64,000 nt of DNA, from positions 119 to 64,118 of the forward strand of contig NZ_JAQBOI010000090.1 of assembly GCF_028288105.1 (NCBI RefSeq), read 5' to 3'. Position 1 is the first letter of the stretch. Every line of letters begins with the position of its first letter. Source of the DNA: Mucilaginibacter sp. (GTDB taxonomy: Bacteria; Bacteroidota; Bacteroidia; Sphingobacteriales; Sphingobacteriaceae). The notes beneath the pieces were generated by a model that saw only the letters and a program-made list of their open reading frames with translations, was not told where the DNA came from and did no database searches. The translations under genes were made by a program, and so were the position numbers. Of the stretch, positions 28,806 to 38,647 are shown one piece after another.

Positions 28806-28940
28806 TTAAGAAGGGGTTTCCGGATCTGCACCTGTAACCGCCGGGTTCGTGGACACCGGGCCGGGCAGCGGATTTCCGGTTGCTGGTGATGGATCATCGC
28901 CCGTTGGTTTCGGCGGTTCATTTTGTTCTTTGGTAGCTAC
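28806..28940 (-). pseudogene. Pro-rich 3' gene remnant with no start codon
   Basis: VATKEQNEPPKPTGDDPSPATGNPLPGPVSTNPAVTGADPETPS-stop, preceded by an in-frame TAA. Confidence 0.4.
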
Positions 28941-29323
28941 TTAAACTATTTACTATCAACAAGTTTAATCTTAAAATTTTTGAGCATCAATAGCTATAAA
29001 TAGTCATTTGATTTCCCTTATTACGGGCTACACGACACAATGATCCGGCGGGCGAGTGCACAGACGACAATCCGGGTGACACAACAAATTCAAGACTAAA
29101 CAACTTTACTTTCGAGTACATGTGCGGTTTTATTGCCAAACAGAGCCTCGTGGGTTAGATCCCAGTCGAGCGGAAATGCAGCTTAGTGCAGTATTATCCC
29201 TTTTTCAATATTTTTAAAAAAAGGTAATTCCCAATTTTCCACAAATGGTTCGATACAGTTTGATTCCTAATGCGGCTATTTTGTATATTAGTCGATTACA
29301 AAAATGATTAGCAGGATAACAAA

Positions 29324-29917
29324 TTGGATAACGAAGCAGATCTAATGATAGAAGATTCGGAATTATGGGACCTTTTCCGGACTGGCAATCAGCTTGCTTA
29401 TACACAATTGGTTAATAGATACTATAAACAATTATTTAATTATGGCCGGCGTTTTTGCCAAGACCGCGAATTTTTGATGGACTGCATACAGGAGGTTTTC
29501 TTTGAATTGTGGAAAAGAAAAGAAAAGATCAAATCGACGCCGGCGGTAAAATGGTATTTGTTCAAAGCAGTCAGATTGAGGATATTTCGAGATCAGTCGA
29601 AATGGACTAAAAATGAAGAACTTTCCGACGAGTATAATTTTTTAGTTGAATTCAACATTGAATCAAAGATCATCAATGATTTAGAAATAAATGACTTATC
29701 TGTAAAAGTAAAAAATATCCTGAATGCCTTGCCGCCACGTCAGCAAGAAATTATGTATTTAAGATTTTATGAAGGCTTAGCTCTTAATCAGATTTCGGAA
29801 ATCATGGGAATCAGTAACCAATCGTTACGTAATTTATTGCAGAAGTCCTATAAAAATTTCCGTGCAGAGTGGATTCCCCTTCTTATTTTCCTTTCCTGCT
29901 GTAAATTATTAAACTGA
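29324..29917 (+). CDS. ECF RNA polymerase sigma-70 factor
   Basis: DCIQEVFFELW (region 2), LPPRQQEIMYLRFYEGL..ISEIMGIS (region 4). Confidence 0.92.
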   Translation: MDNEADLMIEDSELWDLFRTGNQLAYTQLVNRYYKQLFNYGRRFCQDREFLMDCIQEVFFELWKRKEKIKSTPAVKWYLFKAVRLRIFRDQSKWTKNEELSDEYNFLVEFNIESKIINDLEINDLSVKVKNILNALPPRQQEIMYLRFYEGLALNQISEIMGISNQSLRNLLQKSYKNFRAEWIPLLIFLSCCKLLN

Positions 29918-30033
29918 CAATCAGTTTTTTACATAATAAATAAATTTTTACTCAATTCTTTTCGTCTTTTCCAGGGGTACATTTTGTAAGTTTTTGAATA
30001 TTGTTAGTATAAACCCATTGTAAATAAAATTTC

Positions 30034-31110
30034 ATGGCCAAATACGACAATTACGACATTGAAGATTTTCTGCAGGATGACTCTTTTATTGACTGGATAT
30101 TGAACGAAAAAGCTGAAAGCAATGCCTTTTGGACAACATTTTTATCAGAGTATCCCGAAAAACGAACTTTAATAGAAAAGGCCCGCGCTATTCTGATTTC
30201 GATAAACGTGAAACCGCTTGATGATCAGCTATCGGATACCGAAATAAACTTAAGGGTAAACTTAATTCAAGACCAGGCTTTCCGCCAGGTGCCCATGGTT
30301 AAAATTTACCAGCGGCAGTGGTTCAAAACAGCAGCTATTTTTCTTATTTTTATAAGTATCGGGTTTATCGCTTATCAAACACTGACTAAATCTGATGATC
30401 TTATTACCAAAGATGTGTTAAACAGCTTGGTAAAAATAAGCAACACCAGTAAAAAATCGAAATTGGTGCTAATGAACGATGGGAGCCTGGCAGTGTTGAC
30501 CCCCGGGTCTGAAATACAATTCCCTTCTACTTTTAAAGGGGAGGAAAGAAGTGTTTATCTGCAAGGCGAAGCTTTTTTTGAGGTTCACAAGGACCACGAT
30601 CACCCGTTTTTGGTTCACAGTCAGAATATGATCACCCGCGTTTTAGGGACAAGCTTTACCATTAAAGCATTTAAAGATGCAGCTGAGTTCAAGGTAATAG
30701 TTAATACCGGGAAAGTGTGGGTTTACGATCAGAAGACTAAACCGGCTGCGGAGAAAAAGGATGTTGTTATCGCCCTTACACCAAACCAGCAAGTCACCTA
30801 TACGCGAAACGTCTTTCAATTTAAAAAAGACACGGTAACCCATCCATTATTACTTTCAAAAGAAGTCGCTGATAAGGAACTAAACTTTGCTAACATTCCG
30901 TTCAGCACCGTCATCAGTAAATTAAATGCAGCCTATGGTATTCAAATAGAATATAACGAACAAAAACTTGGGAATCTAAGAATAACCGCGTTATTGGCTG
31001 AACATCCGCTTAATGAAAAAGTGGAGCTGATTTGTCGGGCAGTGAACGCAAAATATAGGTTTGCAGACGGCAGGATCATTATTGAAGAAGATACACAAAC
31101 TAATAAATAA
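30034..31110 (+). CDS. FecR family anti-sigma factor
   Basis: DDSFIDW N-terminus, one TM, RSVYLQGEAFFEV, VLGTSF. Confidence 0.92.
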   Translation: MAKYDNYDIEDFLQDDSFIDWILNEKAESNAFWTTFLSEYPEKRTLIEKARAILISINVKPLDDQLSDTEINLRVNLIQDQAFRQVPMVKIYQRQWFKTAAIFLIFISIGFIAYQTLTKSDDLITKDVLNSLVKISNTSKKSKLVLMNDGSLAVLTPGSEIQFPSTFKGEERSVYLQGEAFFEVHKDHDHPFLVHSQNMITRVLGTSFTIKAFKDAAEFKVIVNTGKVWVYDQKTKPAAEKKDVVIALTPNQQVTYTRNVFQFKKDTVTHPLLLSKEVADKELNFANIPFSTVISKLNAAYGIQIEYNEQKLGNLRITALLAEHPLNEKVELICRAVNAKYRFADGRIIIEEDTQTNK

Positions 31111-31184
31111 CCGATTATAAAACCATAAAAGCCAACCAAGCATGAGAAGAAAAAATACATAGATAAATCCCCCCCTAAAAAAAA

Positions 31185-31283
31185 GACCGGTAATATTTGC
31201 TGTATTACCGGTCATAGTTTTAGCCCCAATGCATTCGAACTCATTTTAATTAATCGCTTTAGCGATTAAGAGGGGCTTTTTTT
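31185..31283 (+). promoter_or_regulatory. Structured leader / terminator upstream of susC
   Basis: GACCGGTAATA/TATTACCGGTC hairpin, TTAATCGCT/AGCGATTAA hairpin, AGCCCC...GGGGCT plus T run. Confidence 0.6.
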
Positions 31284-31321
31284 GTCGAGTTTTTTATGAA
31301 TTATTAACCCAAACCAAATTT

Positions 31322-34300
31322 ATGAAATATAAACCTTTACTGCTAAAAATAATGAGAATAACATTTTTACAGTTAATCATAGTTTTTTCCATCATGGGAA
31401 GTGTTTATGCTAATGGCGTAAAAGCACAGGCCATACTGGATACAAAAATATCTATCAAAGAAACCAATAATCAACTTCGCCAGGTTCTTCAGAAACTGGG
31501 AAAGCAGTATCATATTGAGTTTGTTTACAGCCCGGATATTATCAATGAAAAACTCGTTGTAAACGTTGATATGCAAAGGAAAAAACTCTCGGATGTGCTC
31601 AGGAAAATTTTGCAGCCGTTGAATTTAAGCTTTGATATGGTCGGCAACGTGATTGTGGTCCGCAATAATAAAGACCCGAAAAGTGTTCCTTTTTCATCCA
31701 CTACACCGTCATCATCAGAAGCGCAGGCATACCAACCAGAGAGCGTCATACCATTTGAAGCCCAGGTTGTTATTACGGGCAAAGTTACCGATGAAAAAGG
31801 CGAAGCTATACCAGGTGTTACGGTAAGACACAAAGAAACAGGTAAAGCCCTGGCAACTAATGTTAATGGAGAATACACAATAGTATTGCCAGAGGCAGTC
31901 GGCACCTTATCATTTTCTTTCCTGGGTTATCAGACAAAGGAAGTAGCAATAGGTAGCGACCGACGCATTAACGTAACGCTTGTCGCAGTTAGCGGCAATC
32001 TGAACGAAGTGGTCGTTGTGGGTTATGGAACACAAAAGAAAGCTACGCTCACCGGTTCTGTTGTTGCGATAAAAGGTTCTGAGATTGTGAAAAGCCCGGC
32101 AATAAACGTGACAGCCTCCCTCGCCGGGCGCTTACCTGGTGTTATCATTAACAGCAGATCCGGCGAACCGGGACGGGACAATCCGTCAATTTCCATAAGA
32201 GGCAGCAGCACAACCGGAAATACTTCTGCGCTTGTGATCATTGACGGTGTGGAACGAGGTGGCTTAGGGCAACTTAATCCTAACGACATTGAAAGCATAT
32301 CCGTGTTAAAGGACGCTTCCGCTGCAATATATGGTGCGAGGGCCGCAAATGGCGTTATATTGGTAACCACAAAACGTGGAACCGCCGGGGCTGCGCCTCA
32401 GGTTAACCTTTCTTTTAATCAAGGGTTTACCCAGCCAACCAGAAATCCTATTATGGCCGATTCCTATACGTTTGGCAAAGTTTATAATGAAATAGAAATC
32501 GGAGAAGGCAGAACACCAAGGTACACAAACGATGAGTTGAATAAGTATCAGAATAATTCAGATCCGAATTACCCAAACACAGACTGGTATAAATTTATCG
32601 TTAAAAACTGGACGCCACAGCACAGGACTAATTTGTCTGTGTCTGGAGGCAATAATGGCACAACCTATTTTCTCTCATTCGGAGAGGTTATGCAGGACGG
32701 TCAGTATAACGGTGGAACTGAAAAGATAAGGCAGTATAATATCCGTTCGAATATTGATGTTCAGATCACAGATAATTTCAAAATAGGAATGAATTTGTCC
32801 GGGCGATTTGATAACAATCATTTCCCTTATCAGGGGGCCAATAATCTTAACAGCCATATTTTCTTATATCAGCCTAACTGGCAGCCCTACTGGCCGGGCA
32901 CTAATTTACCTCAGCCCAACCGGGGTAACGAAAGCATTCTCAATTGGGTGAATGATAATAATGGTTATCAGGACGTACACACCAATACGTTCCAAAGTAC
33001 CTTATTTTTTAACTGGAACCTGCCCTGGGTAAAAGGCTTATCGATCAATGGCAGCGGAAGCTATGATCCAAACAGCGTTTTCACAAAAACCTTTCAGACG
33101 CCAACTTTTGTATATTATAAAGACGCGACAAATAGTGAATACACGCGTGGGCGCTCTGGAATGGGTGCTGATTTAGCTGATCTTAATGACAGGACGAGCC
33201 TGGGCTCTTTATTTTACCTAACCGGCAGGATCAACTATGAACGGAAATTCGGGCTTCATAATGTTAAGCTGTTATTAGGATACGAACAACAAACCATCAA
33301 CAGCAATTATGATATCGCTTACCGGAGTGACTTTGTTTCTACCGTGATACCACAAATATTTGCCGGAAGCAGTGACAAAAACAAACAAGGTAATGATGGA
33401 TCTGCCACTCAGGGTGCCAGGAAAAATTACTTTGGCAGGATTAACTACGATTATGCAGGTAAATACCTGGCGGAGTTTACGATGAGGCGTGACGGCTCGC
33501 CAAATTTCGCGGCCAATAAGCGATGGGGGAATTTCCCGAGTGCTTCAGTGGGTTGGAGATTGTCTGAGGAAAACTTCATGAAAAAATTCAATTTCATAAA
33601 TGATCTAAAGATCAGGGCATCTTATGGCATTATGGGCAACGATCTAACCGATTCTTTTCAATATCTAACCACTTATGGCTTCGGTAATAATTATGTGATT
33701 GGGGGGAATGATGTTACCGGGCTGGTCCAAACCGGAGCGCCGAATCCTGATATTACCTGGGAAAGAGCAAAAACCGGTAATATTGGGTTAGACGCAACCC
33801 TATGGAACGGTTTTTTGGGCATAACATTTGACTACTTTAAAACCCGGAGGTCAGATATTTTAACCAAACGCACAGCGATAATTCCGGGCTATACGGGATT
33901 AATGCTGCCTGCCGAGAATATCGGTATCGTAGATAATAAAGGATTCGAACTGGTGCTATCCCATACAAATAACAACCATGAATTCAAATATAATTTCTCC
34001 GGCAATATCGCTTTTGCCAGGAATAAGGTGATCTTTAGTGACGAACAACCGGCCGCTACGCCTTATCAATTAGCTACCGGTCGCCCTATCGGCTCCACTT
34101 TATATTATAAGTCTATTGGCATTTTTCCCGATCAGGCATCGATTGATGCTTATCCCCACTACCTGAATGCGAGACCGGGTGATATTAAATTTGAGGATGT
34201 AAATAAAGATGGAAAGATCGATGCGTTGGACAGGATCCGTATCAATCAAACCAATGTACCGGAGATGACCTTTGGTTTTACCGCGAACTTAAGATATAAA

Positions 34301-34735
34301 AACTTCGACTTATCGGTACTACTACAGGGACAGGCCAATGTCAAACAGTATTTTGGTGGCTATTTCCCGGTAATGAGTTATTCATTAGGTAATTTTCTTG
34401 CCTGGCGAGCTGACGGACGCTGGACGCCAGAGCATACCAATGCTACGCAACCGCGTGCCAGTTATGAATTGTTTAATAATAACACACAGCGCTCAACACA
34501 ATGGTTGCTTGACGCAGGCTTCCTAAGATTTAAAAATATTGAATTTGGCTATAATCTGCCAAAGGCAATAACTGGTAAAATTGGTGTGAAAAATTTACGG
34601 GTTTCGGTTAGCGGCAGTAATTTATTCGTCATCTATGACCACATGAAGGATTTAGGATTTGACCCGGAAACCAATGATTACTGGTATTATCCCCCGCAAC
34701 GCGTAATTAATTTCGGAGTTAATGTAACCTTATAA
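31322..34735 (+). CDS. susC: SusC/RagA TonB-dependent transporter with N-terminal STN extension
   Basis: LNEVVVVGYG, VLKDASAAIYGARAANGVILVTTK. Confidence 0.95.
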   Translation: MKYKPLLLKIMRITFLQLIIVFSIMGSVYANGVKAQAILDTKISIKETNNQLRQVLQKLGKQYHIEFVYSPDIINEKLVVNVDMQRKKLSDVLRKILQPLNLSFDMVGNVIVVRNNKDPKSVPFSSTTPSSSEAQAYQPESVIPFEAQVVITGKVTDEKGEAIPGVTVRHKETGKALATNVNGEYTIVLPEAVGTLSFSFLGYQTKEVAIGSDRRINVTLVAVSGNLNEVVVVGYGTQKKATLTGSVVAIKGSEIVKSPAINVTASLAGRLPGVIINSRSGEPGRDNPSISIRGSSTTGNTSALVIIDGVERGGLGQLNPNDIESISVLKDASAAIYGARAANGVILVTTKRGTAGAAPQVNLSFNQGFTQPTRNPIMADSYTFGKVYNEIEIGEGRTPRYTNDELNKYQNNSDPNYPNTDWYKFIVKNWTPQHRTNLSVSGGNNGTTYFLSFGEVMQDGQYNGGTEKIRQYNIRSNIDVQITDNFKIGMNLSGRFDNNHFPYQGANNLNSHIFLYQPNWQPYWPGTNLPQPNRGNESILNWVNDNNGYQDVHTNTFQSTLFFNWNLPWVKGLSINGSGSYDPNSVFTKTFQTPTFVYYKDATNSEYTRGRSGMGADLADLNDRTSLGSLFYLTGRINYERKFGLHNVKLLLGYEQQTINSNYDIAYRSDFVSTVIPQIFAGSSDKNKQGNDGSATQGARKNYFGRINYDYAGKYLAEFTMRRDGSPNFAANKRWGNFPSASVGWRLSEENFMKKFNFINDLKIRASYGIMGNDLTDSFQYLTTYGFGNNYVIGGNDVTGLVQTGAPNPDITWERAKTGNIGLDATLWNGFLGITFDYFKTRRSDILTKRTAIIPGYTGLMLPAENIGIVDNKGFELVLSHTNNNHEFKYNFSGNIAFARNKVIFSDEQPAATPYQLATGRPIGSTLYYKSIGIFPDQASIDAYPHYLNARPGDIKFEDVNKDGKIDALDRIRINQTNVPEMTFGFTANLRYKNFDLSVLLQGQANVKQYFGGYFPVMSYSLGNFLAWRADGRWTPEHTNATQPRASYELFNNNTQRSTQWLLDAGFLRFKNIEFGYNLPKAITGKIGVKNLRVSVSGSNLFVIYDHMKDLGFDPETNDYWYYPPQRVINFGVNVTL

Positions 34736-34745
34736 ACTAAAGAAA

Positions 34746-36383
34746 ATGAAAAAGATATTTTATATCGTACTGATTATTTTTTCTGCCAGTTCGTGTAATA
34801 AGCTGGATTTGACACCTTTGGACAAAATATCCGAGGCCGATACCTGGACCGACCCCGCCCTGATACAATTATATGTGAACGCAACCTATAACTCTATGCA
34901 GCATGGATTTCAGCAGGATCTGTTATCCTCAGCGTGTGATGAAACTTATAGCATACATGGCTATGGTAACCTTGCCGTATTACAAAGAGGCGAACTAACA
35001 CAGGATAATGTCTCAGGACTTTCTACCAAGATCAACTATTTTAATTTCGCTTACGGATATATCCGCAACATTAACATCTTTTTTTCCAAGATCGACGCGG
35101 CTCCGGCGGAAGCGGCTTTTAAAAATAGCACTACGGGTGAAATGAAATTCATCAGGGCTTATATTTACGCGAATTTGATTTGGCGGTATGGTAGTGTCCC
35201 GTTAATCACTAAAGTGTTTGGCCTTCATGATGATTTTACGGTTTCACAATCTTCTTATGATGATTGTGTGAAATTCATCGTAACAGAACTTGATGATGCA
35301 GCAAAATTACTCCCGGCCAATCAGCCAGACAATCAGTTGGGAAGGGCTTCAAAGAACGCCTGCCTGGCATTAAAGGCGCGGGTATTGCTTTATGCCGCCA
35401 GCGCGCAAAATAATCCAAGCCACGACCAGGTAAAGTGGCAGGCCGCTGCAGACGCTGCAGGCGCGTTGCTTAATGCTGGTTACCAGTTAAATGACGATTA
35501 CCAGGCAACCTTCTTAAGTAACAACAACGAAGTTATTTTTGCACGCCAGTTTACGCAAGCCAATAACACGGGTGGTACCGGCTTTAACCTTGAACAGGGC
35601 CGCAATGGCTCTAATGGCTACGGGTCAGAAAATCCATCACAAAACCTCGTTAATGCTTATGAGATGGCGGCTACCGGAAAACAGCCCTATATTGTACAAA
35701 ATGACGGTATACTGGTCGCAAACCCCGGTTCCGGTTATGACCCGGCAAACCCTTACAGCGGCAGGGACCCAAGATTTGATGCTTCTATCCTGCACGATGG
35801 CTCCGTTTGGGCCGGCAGGGTTACAGAAACATTTCACGGTGGAGAGGATTCTCCGGAAAGCAGTTCCGGGTTTAATGCCTCGCTTACTTCTTATAATTTC
35901 AAGAAATTTTTGGTCGAAAGTATTCCGCCCTCTGGGTCCAGCGTTAGGCCCACCAATCCTTGGATCTTCTTTCGCTACGCGGAGGTGCTGCTGAATTATG
36001 CGGAAGCAAAATTTGAATTGGGTGATGAGGTTACTGCAAGGCAATATCTGAATATGGTGAGAAGCCGTCCAAGCGTGCACATGCCGGCGGTAACTGATGC
36101 TGGCGAAGCCCTCAGGAGCCGTATACAAAATGAACGCCGTGTGGAACTTGCTTTTGAAGAGCATAGGTTCTTTGACGTCCGTCGTTGGAAGATTGCAACG
36201 GTGGTATTGAACCAGCCATTTCTCCGTATGGATATCGCTAAACAACCCAATGGGACAAAAACCTATAACATTATAAAATTGAACGATAGTAAGTTTTTGG
36301 AACCACAGTATCTGATGCCTTTCCCGCGTGCGGAAGTGGACAAGAGCTTAGGCTCGCTTAAACAAAATCCGGGATACCAATAA
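34746..36383 (+). CDS. susD: SusD/RagB lipoprotein
   Basis: Lipobox SSC, RYAEVLLNYAEA, ERRVELAFE, QNPGY. Confidence 0.95.
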   Translation: MKKIFYIVLIIFSASSCNKLDLTPLDKISEADTWTDPALIQLYVNATYNSMQHGFQQDLLSSACDETYSIHGYGNLAVLQRGELTQDNVSGLSTKINYFNFAYGYIRNINIFFSKIDAAPAEAAFKNSTTGEMKFIRAYIYANLIWRYGSVPLITKVFGLHDDFTVSQSSYDDCVKFIVTELDDAAKLLPANQPDNQLGRASKNACLALKARVLLYAASAQNNPSHDQVKWQAAADAAGALLNAGYQLNDDYQATFLSNNNEVIFARQFTQANNTGGTGFNLEQGRNGSNGYGSENPSQNLVNAYEMAATGKQPYIVQNDGILVANPGSGYDPANPYSGRDPRFDASILHDGSVWAGRVTETFHGGEDSPESSSGFNASLTSYNFKKFLVESIPPSGSSVRPTNPWIFFRYAEVLLNYAEAKFELGDEVTARQYLNMVRSRPSVHMPAVTDAGEALRSRIQNERRVELAFEEHRFFDVRRWKIATVVLNQPFLRMDIAKQPNGTKTYNIIKLNDSKFLEPQYLMPFPRAEVDKSLGSLKQNPGYQ

Positions 36384-36398
36384 ATTTATCCATGTGGC

Positions 36399-36427
36399 AT
36401 AAGGCAGCTGCTCAGCAGCTGCCTTAT
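36399..36427. terminator. Intergenic stem-loop after susD
   Basis: ATAAGGCAGCTGC-TCA-GCAGCTGCCTTAT. Confidence 0.6.
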
Positions 36428-36460
36428 CTTATCTTTATTTCAATTCCTTAGCCATTTAAA

Positions 36461-38602
36461 ATGATCATTGTTTTTTCAAGTTTGAAGATGTGCATAAAAA
36501 AGTCTGTTTTATTATTATTTATTTTTAGCTATTTAGCTGCCGGGGCGCAACAGGTCAGCCGGGGAACGATCGATCGCCGGGCATTAGTAAGCCGTCATAA
36601 TCTAAAAATCACTGATGCCAAATCCCCCGGGCCAACACAGGTGGGAAACGGCAATTTTGCTTATGGGTTCGATATTACCGGGATGCAAACTTTTAACGAC
36701 CAGTTTACAACCATGTCTCAATGGAGCTGGCATAGTACGCCACCCCCAAAAGGTATGCAACCTGGCGACTTTAAACAGACCTTGGTGGCAACCCATGGCC
36801 GGATGGTTGGCTATGACCTGCCTGATCACAATCAGGCTGAATTAACTCAATGGCTCTCCAGCAACCCACACCGGTTTAACCTCGGAAGGATCGGGCTGAT
36901 ATTAAAAAAAAAGGATGGTACTACGGCACAGCAGGATGACCTGCAAGACCCGGTTCAATATGTAAACCTATGGACTGGTATCTCCGAAAGTAATTTTACT
37001 GTGGAAGGGCAAAAAGTAAAAGTTACCACCATTTGTGATCCGGACAAGGATATTTTAAGTTTCAAAATCGAATCCGATCTCATTCTTCAAGCCCGGCTGG
37101 GTATTTTTTTAAAATTCCCTTATGCAAGTTTAAAATATTTCAGTAACGGTTCGGACTATCAAAAGCCCCTGTTACATCAAACACGCCTTACGTTAAAACA
37201 CGGCAATTTGGCGTTATTTAACCGCCACCTGGATCAAACCAATTACCAGGTAGCTTGTAAATGGTCGGGAAACGGAAGTGTAAAGAAAGAAGCCGAACAC
37301 AGTTATGTTTTTTATCCGGATTTCAAAAATAAGAGCATAGAATATGTCTTTGCTTTTTCCCCTTCTAAAATTGGCTATAACTTACCCTCATTTGCTGAAG
37401 TTAAAGCCAAAAGTGTTAACCACTGGGCTGCATTTTGGAAAAGTGGGGCGGCAATAGACCTGTCCCAAAGTAAAGACCCACGCTGGTTTGAACTGGAACG
37501 GCGGATTATACTTTCGCAATATGTGATGGCCATCAATGCGGCAGGAAACTTTCCACCGCAGGAAACAGGCCTGGTCAATAACAGTTGGTACGGGCGCTTT
37601 CATTATGAAATGTACTGGTGGCATGCGGCTCACTATGCGTTGTGGGGTCGCTGGCCGCTATTGAATAAAAGCCTTCATGTCTATTCAGACAACCTGGCAT
37701 CGTCCATAAAGCGGGCAAAATTGCAAGGGTATGCCGGTGCCAGATGGCCAAAATGCACCGGTCCGGATGGCAGGGAATGGCCGGATAAAACCCATGCATG
37801 GTTGATATGGCAACAGCCACATCCAATCTTTTTTGCCGAACTTGATTATCGTACACAACCTACTTTGCAAACCCTAAAAAAATGGAATAAGATCGTTGAA
37901 AAAACGGCAGATTTTTTAGCTTCTTATGCCTTTTTGGATACGGCCCGCAAACAATATATTTTAGGCCCACCTATAAAAACAGTCCCGGAGAACAATGAGC
38001 CGCTAACAACACAGAACCCGGCCTTTGAGCTGGCTTACTGGCGGTACGGCTTGCAAACCGCACAGCAATGGAGAAAGAACCTGAAACTGCCGCCAAAGCC
38101 GGAATGGGAAAAAGCACTTAAAAATTTAGCACCGATAGCTGTAAAAGACAGTCTTTATGAGCAATGGGAAGGTATCGGCAACATGTGGACAAAATTCAAT
38201 TTTGAACACCCGGCCATGGCGGGGATATTTGGAGTGCTGCCCGGTAATGGTGTAGACAAACACATTATGGAAAATACCTACCAAAAGATCCAGGCTGTGT
38301 GGAAATATGATACGGGCTGGGGGTGGGATTTTCCGATGGTAGCCATGTCTGCTGCCAGGCTTGGGCATCCGGATCAAGCTGTTGACATGCTTTTACATCC
38401 TTCAAAAAAATTCGGATTTGATGAGCATGGCTTTGTGGGCGGGGGTAATCCATACCCTTACATCCCCTCAAACGGTGGCTTGTTATATGCAATAGCATTT
38501 ATGACTGCAGGCTGGGATGGTGATAAAAATATTCATGAACCCGGGTGGCCGAAAGATGGCTCCTGGGTGGTTAAATGGGAGGGATTTAAAAAAGCTCCCT
38601 GA
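36461..38602 (+). CDS. Secreted (alpha/alpha)6-barrel glycoside hydrolase-like protein
   Basis: Signal peptide, VGNGNFA, PPQETGL, GARWPK, WGWDFP; PUL context. Confidence 0.7.
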   Translation: MIIVFSSLKMCIKKSVLLLFIFSYLAAGAQQVSRGTIDRRALVSRHNLKITDAKSPGPTQVGNGNFAYGFDITGMQTFNDQFTTMSQWSWHSTPPPKGMQPGDFKQTLVATHGRMVGYDLPDHNQAELTQWLSSNPHRFNLGRIGLILKKKDGTTAQQDDLQDPVQYVNLWTGISESNFTVEGQKVKVTTICDPDKDILSFKIESDLILQARLGIFLKFPYASLKYFSNGSDYQKPLLHQTRLTLKHGNLALFNRHLDQTNYQVACKWSGNGSVKKEAEHSYVFYPDFKNKSIEYVFAFSPSKIGYNLPSFAEVKAKSVNHWAAFWKSGAAIDLSQSKDPRWFELERRIILSQYVMAINAAGNFPPQETGLVNNSWYGRFHYEMYWWHAAHYALWGRWPLLNKSLHVYSDNLASSIKRAKLQGYAGARWPKCTGPDGREWPDKTHAWLIWQQPHPIFFAELDYRTQPTLQTLKKWNKIVEKTADFLASYAFLDTARKQYILGPPIKTVPENNEPLTTQNPAFELAYWRYGLQTAQQWRKNLKLPPKPEWEKALKNLAPIAVKDSLYEQWEGIGNMWTKFNFEHPAMAGIFGVLPGNGVDKHIMENTYQKIQAVWKYDTGWGWDFPMVAMSAARLGHPDQAVDMLLHPSKKFGFDEHGFVGGGNPYPYIPSNGGLLYAIAFMTAGWDGDKNIHEPGWPKDGSWVVKWEGFKKAP

Positions 38603-38647
38603 TTAATATATATAGTGATTCCCGATTTTTTTAATATTACATTTTAT

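Noticed and set aside
29025-29195. GC-richer intergenic stretch with a weak tRNA-like fragment (GGGTTAGATCCCAGTCGAG)
   Set aside because: No cloverleaf and too little similarity to the att repeat
35539-36250. Overlapping alternative-frame ORFs inside susD, and similar ones inside other long genes
   Set aside because: Shadow ORFs of well-supported genes
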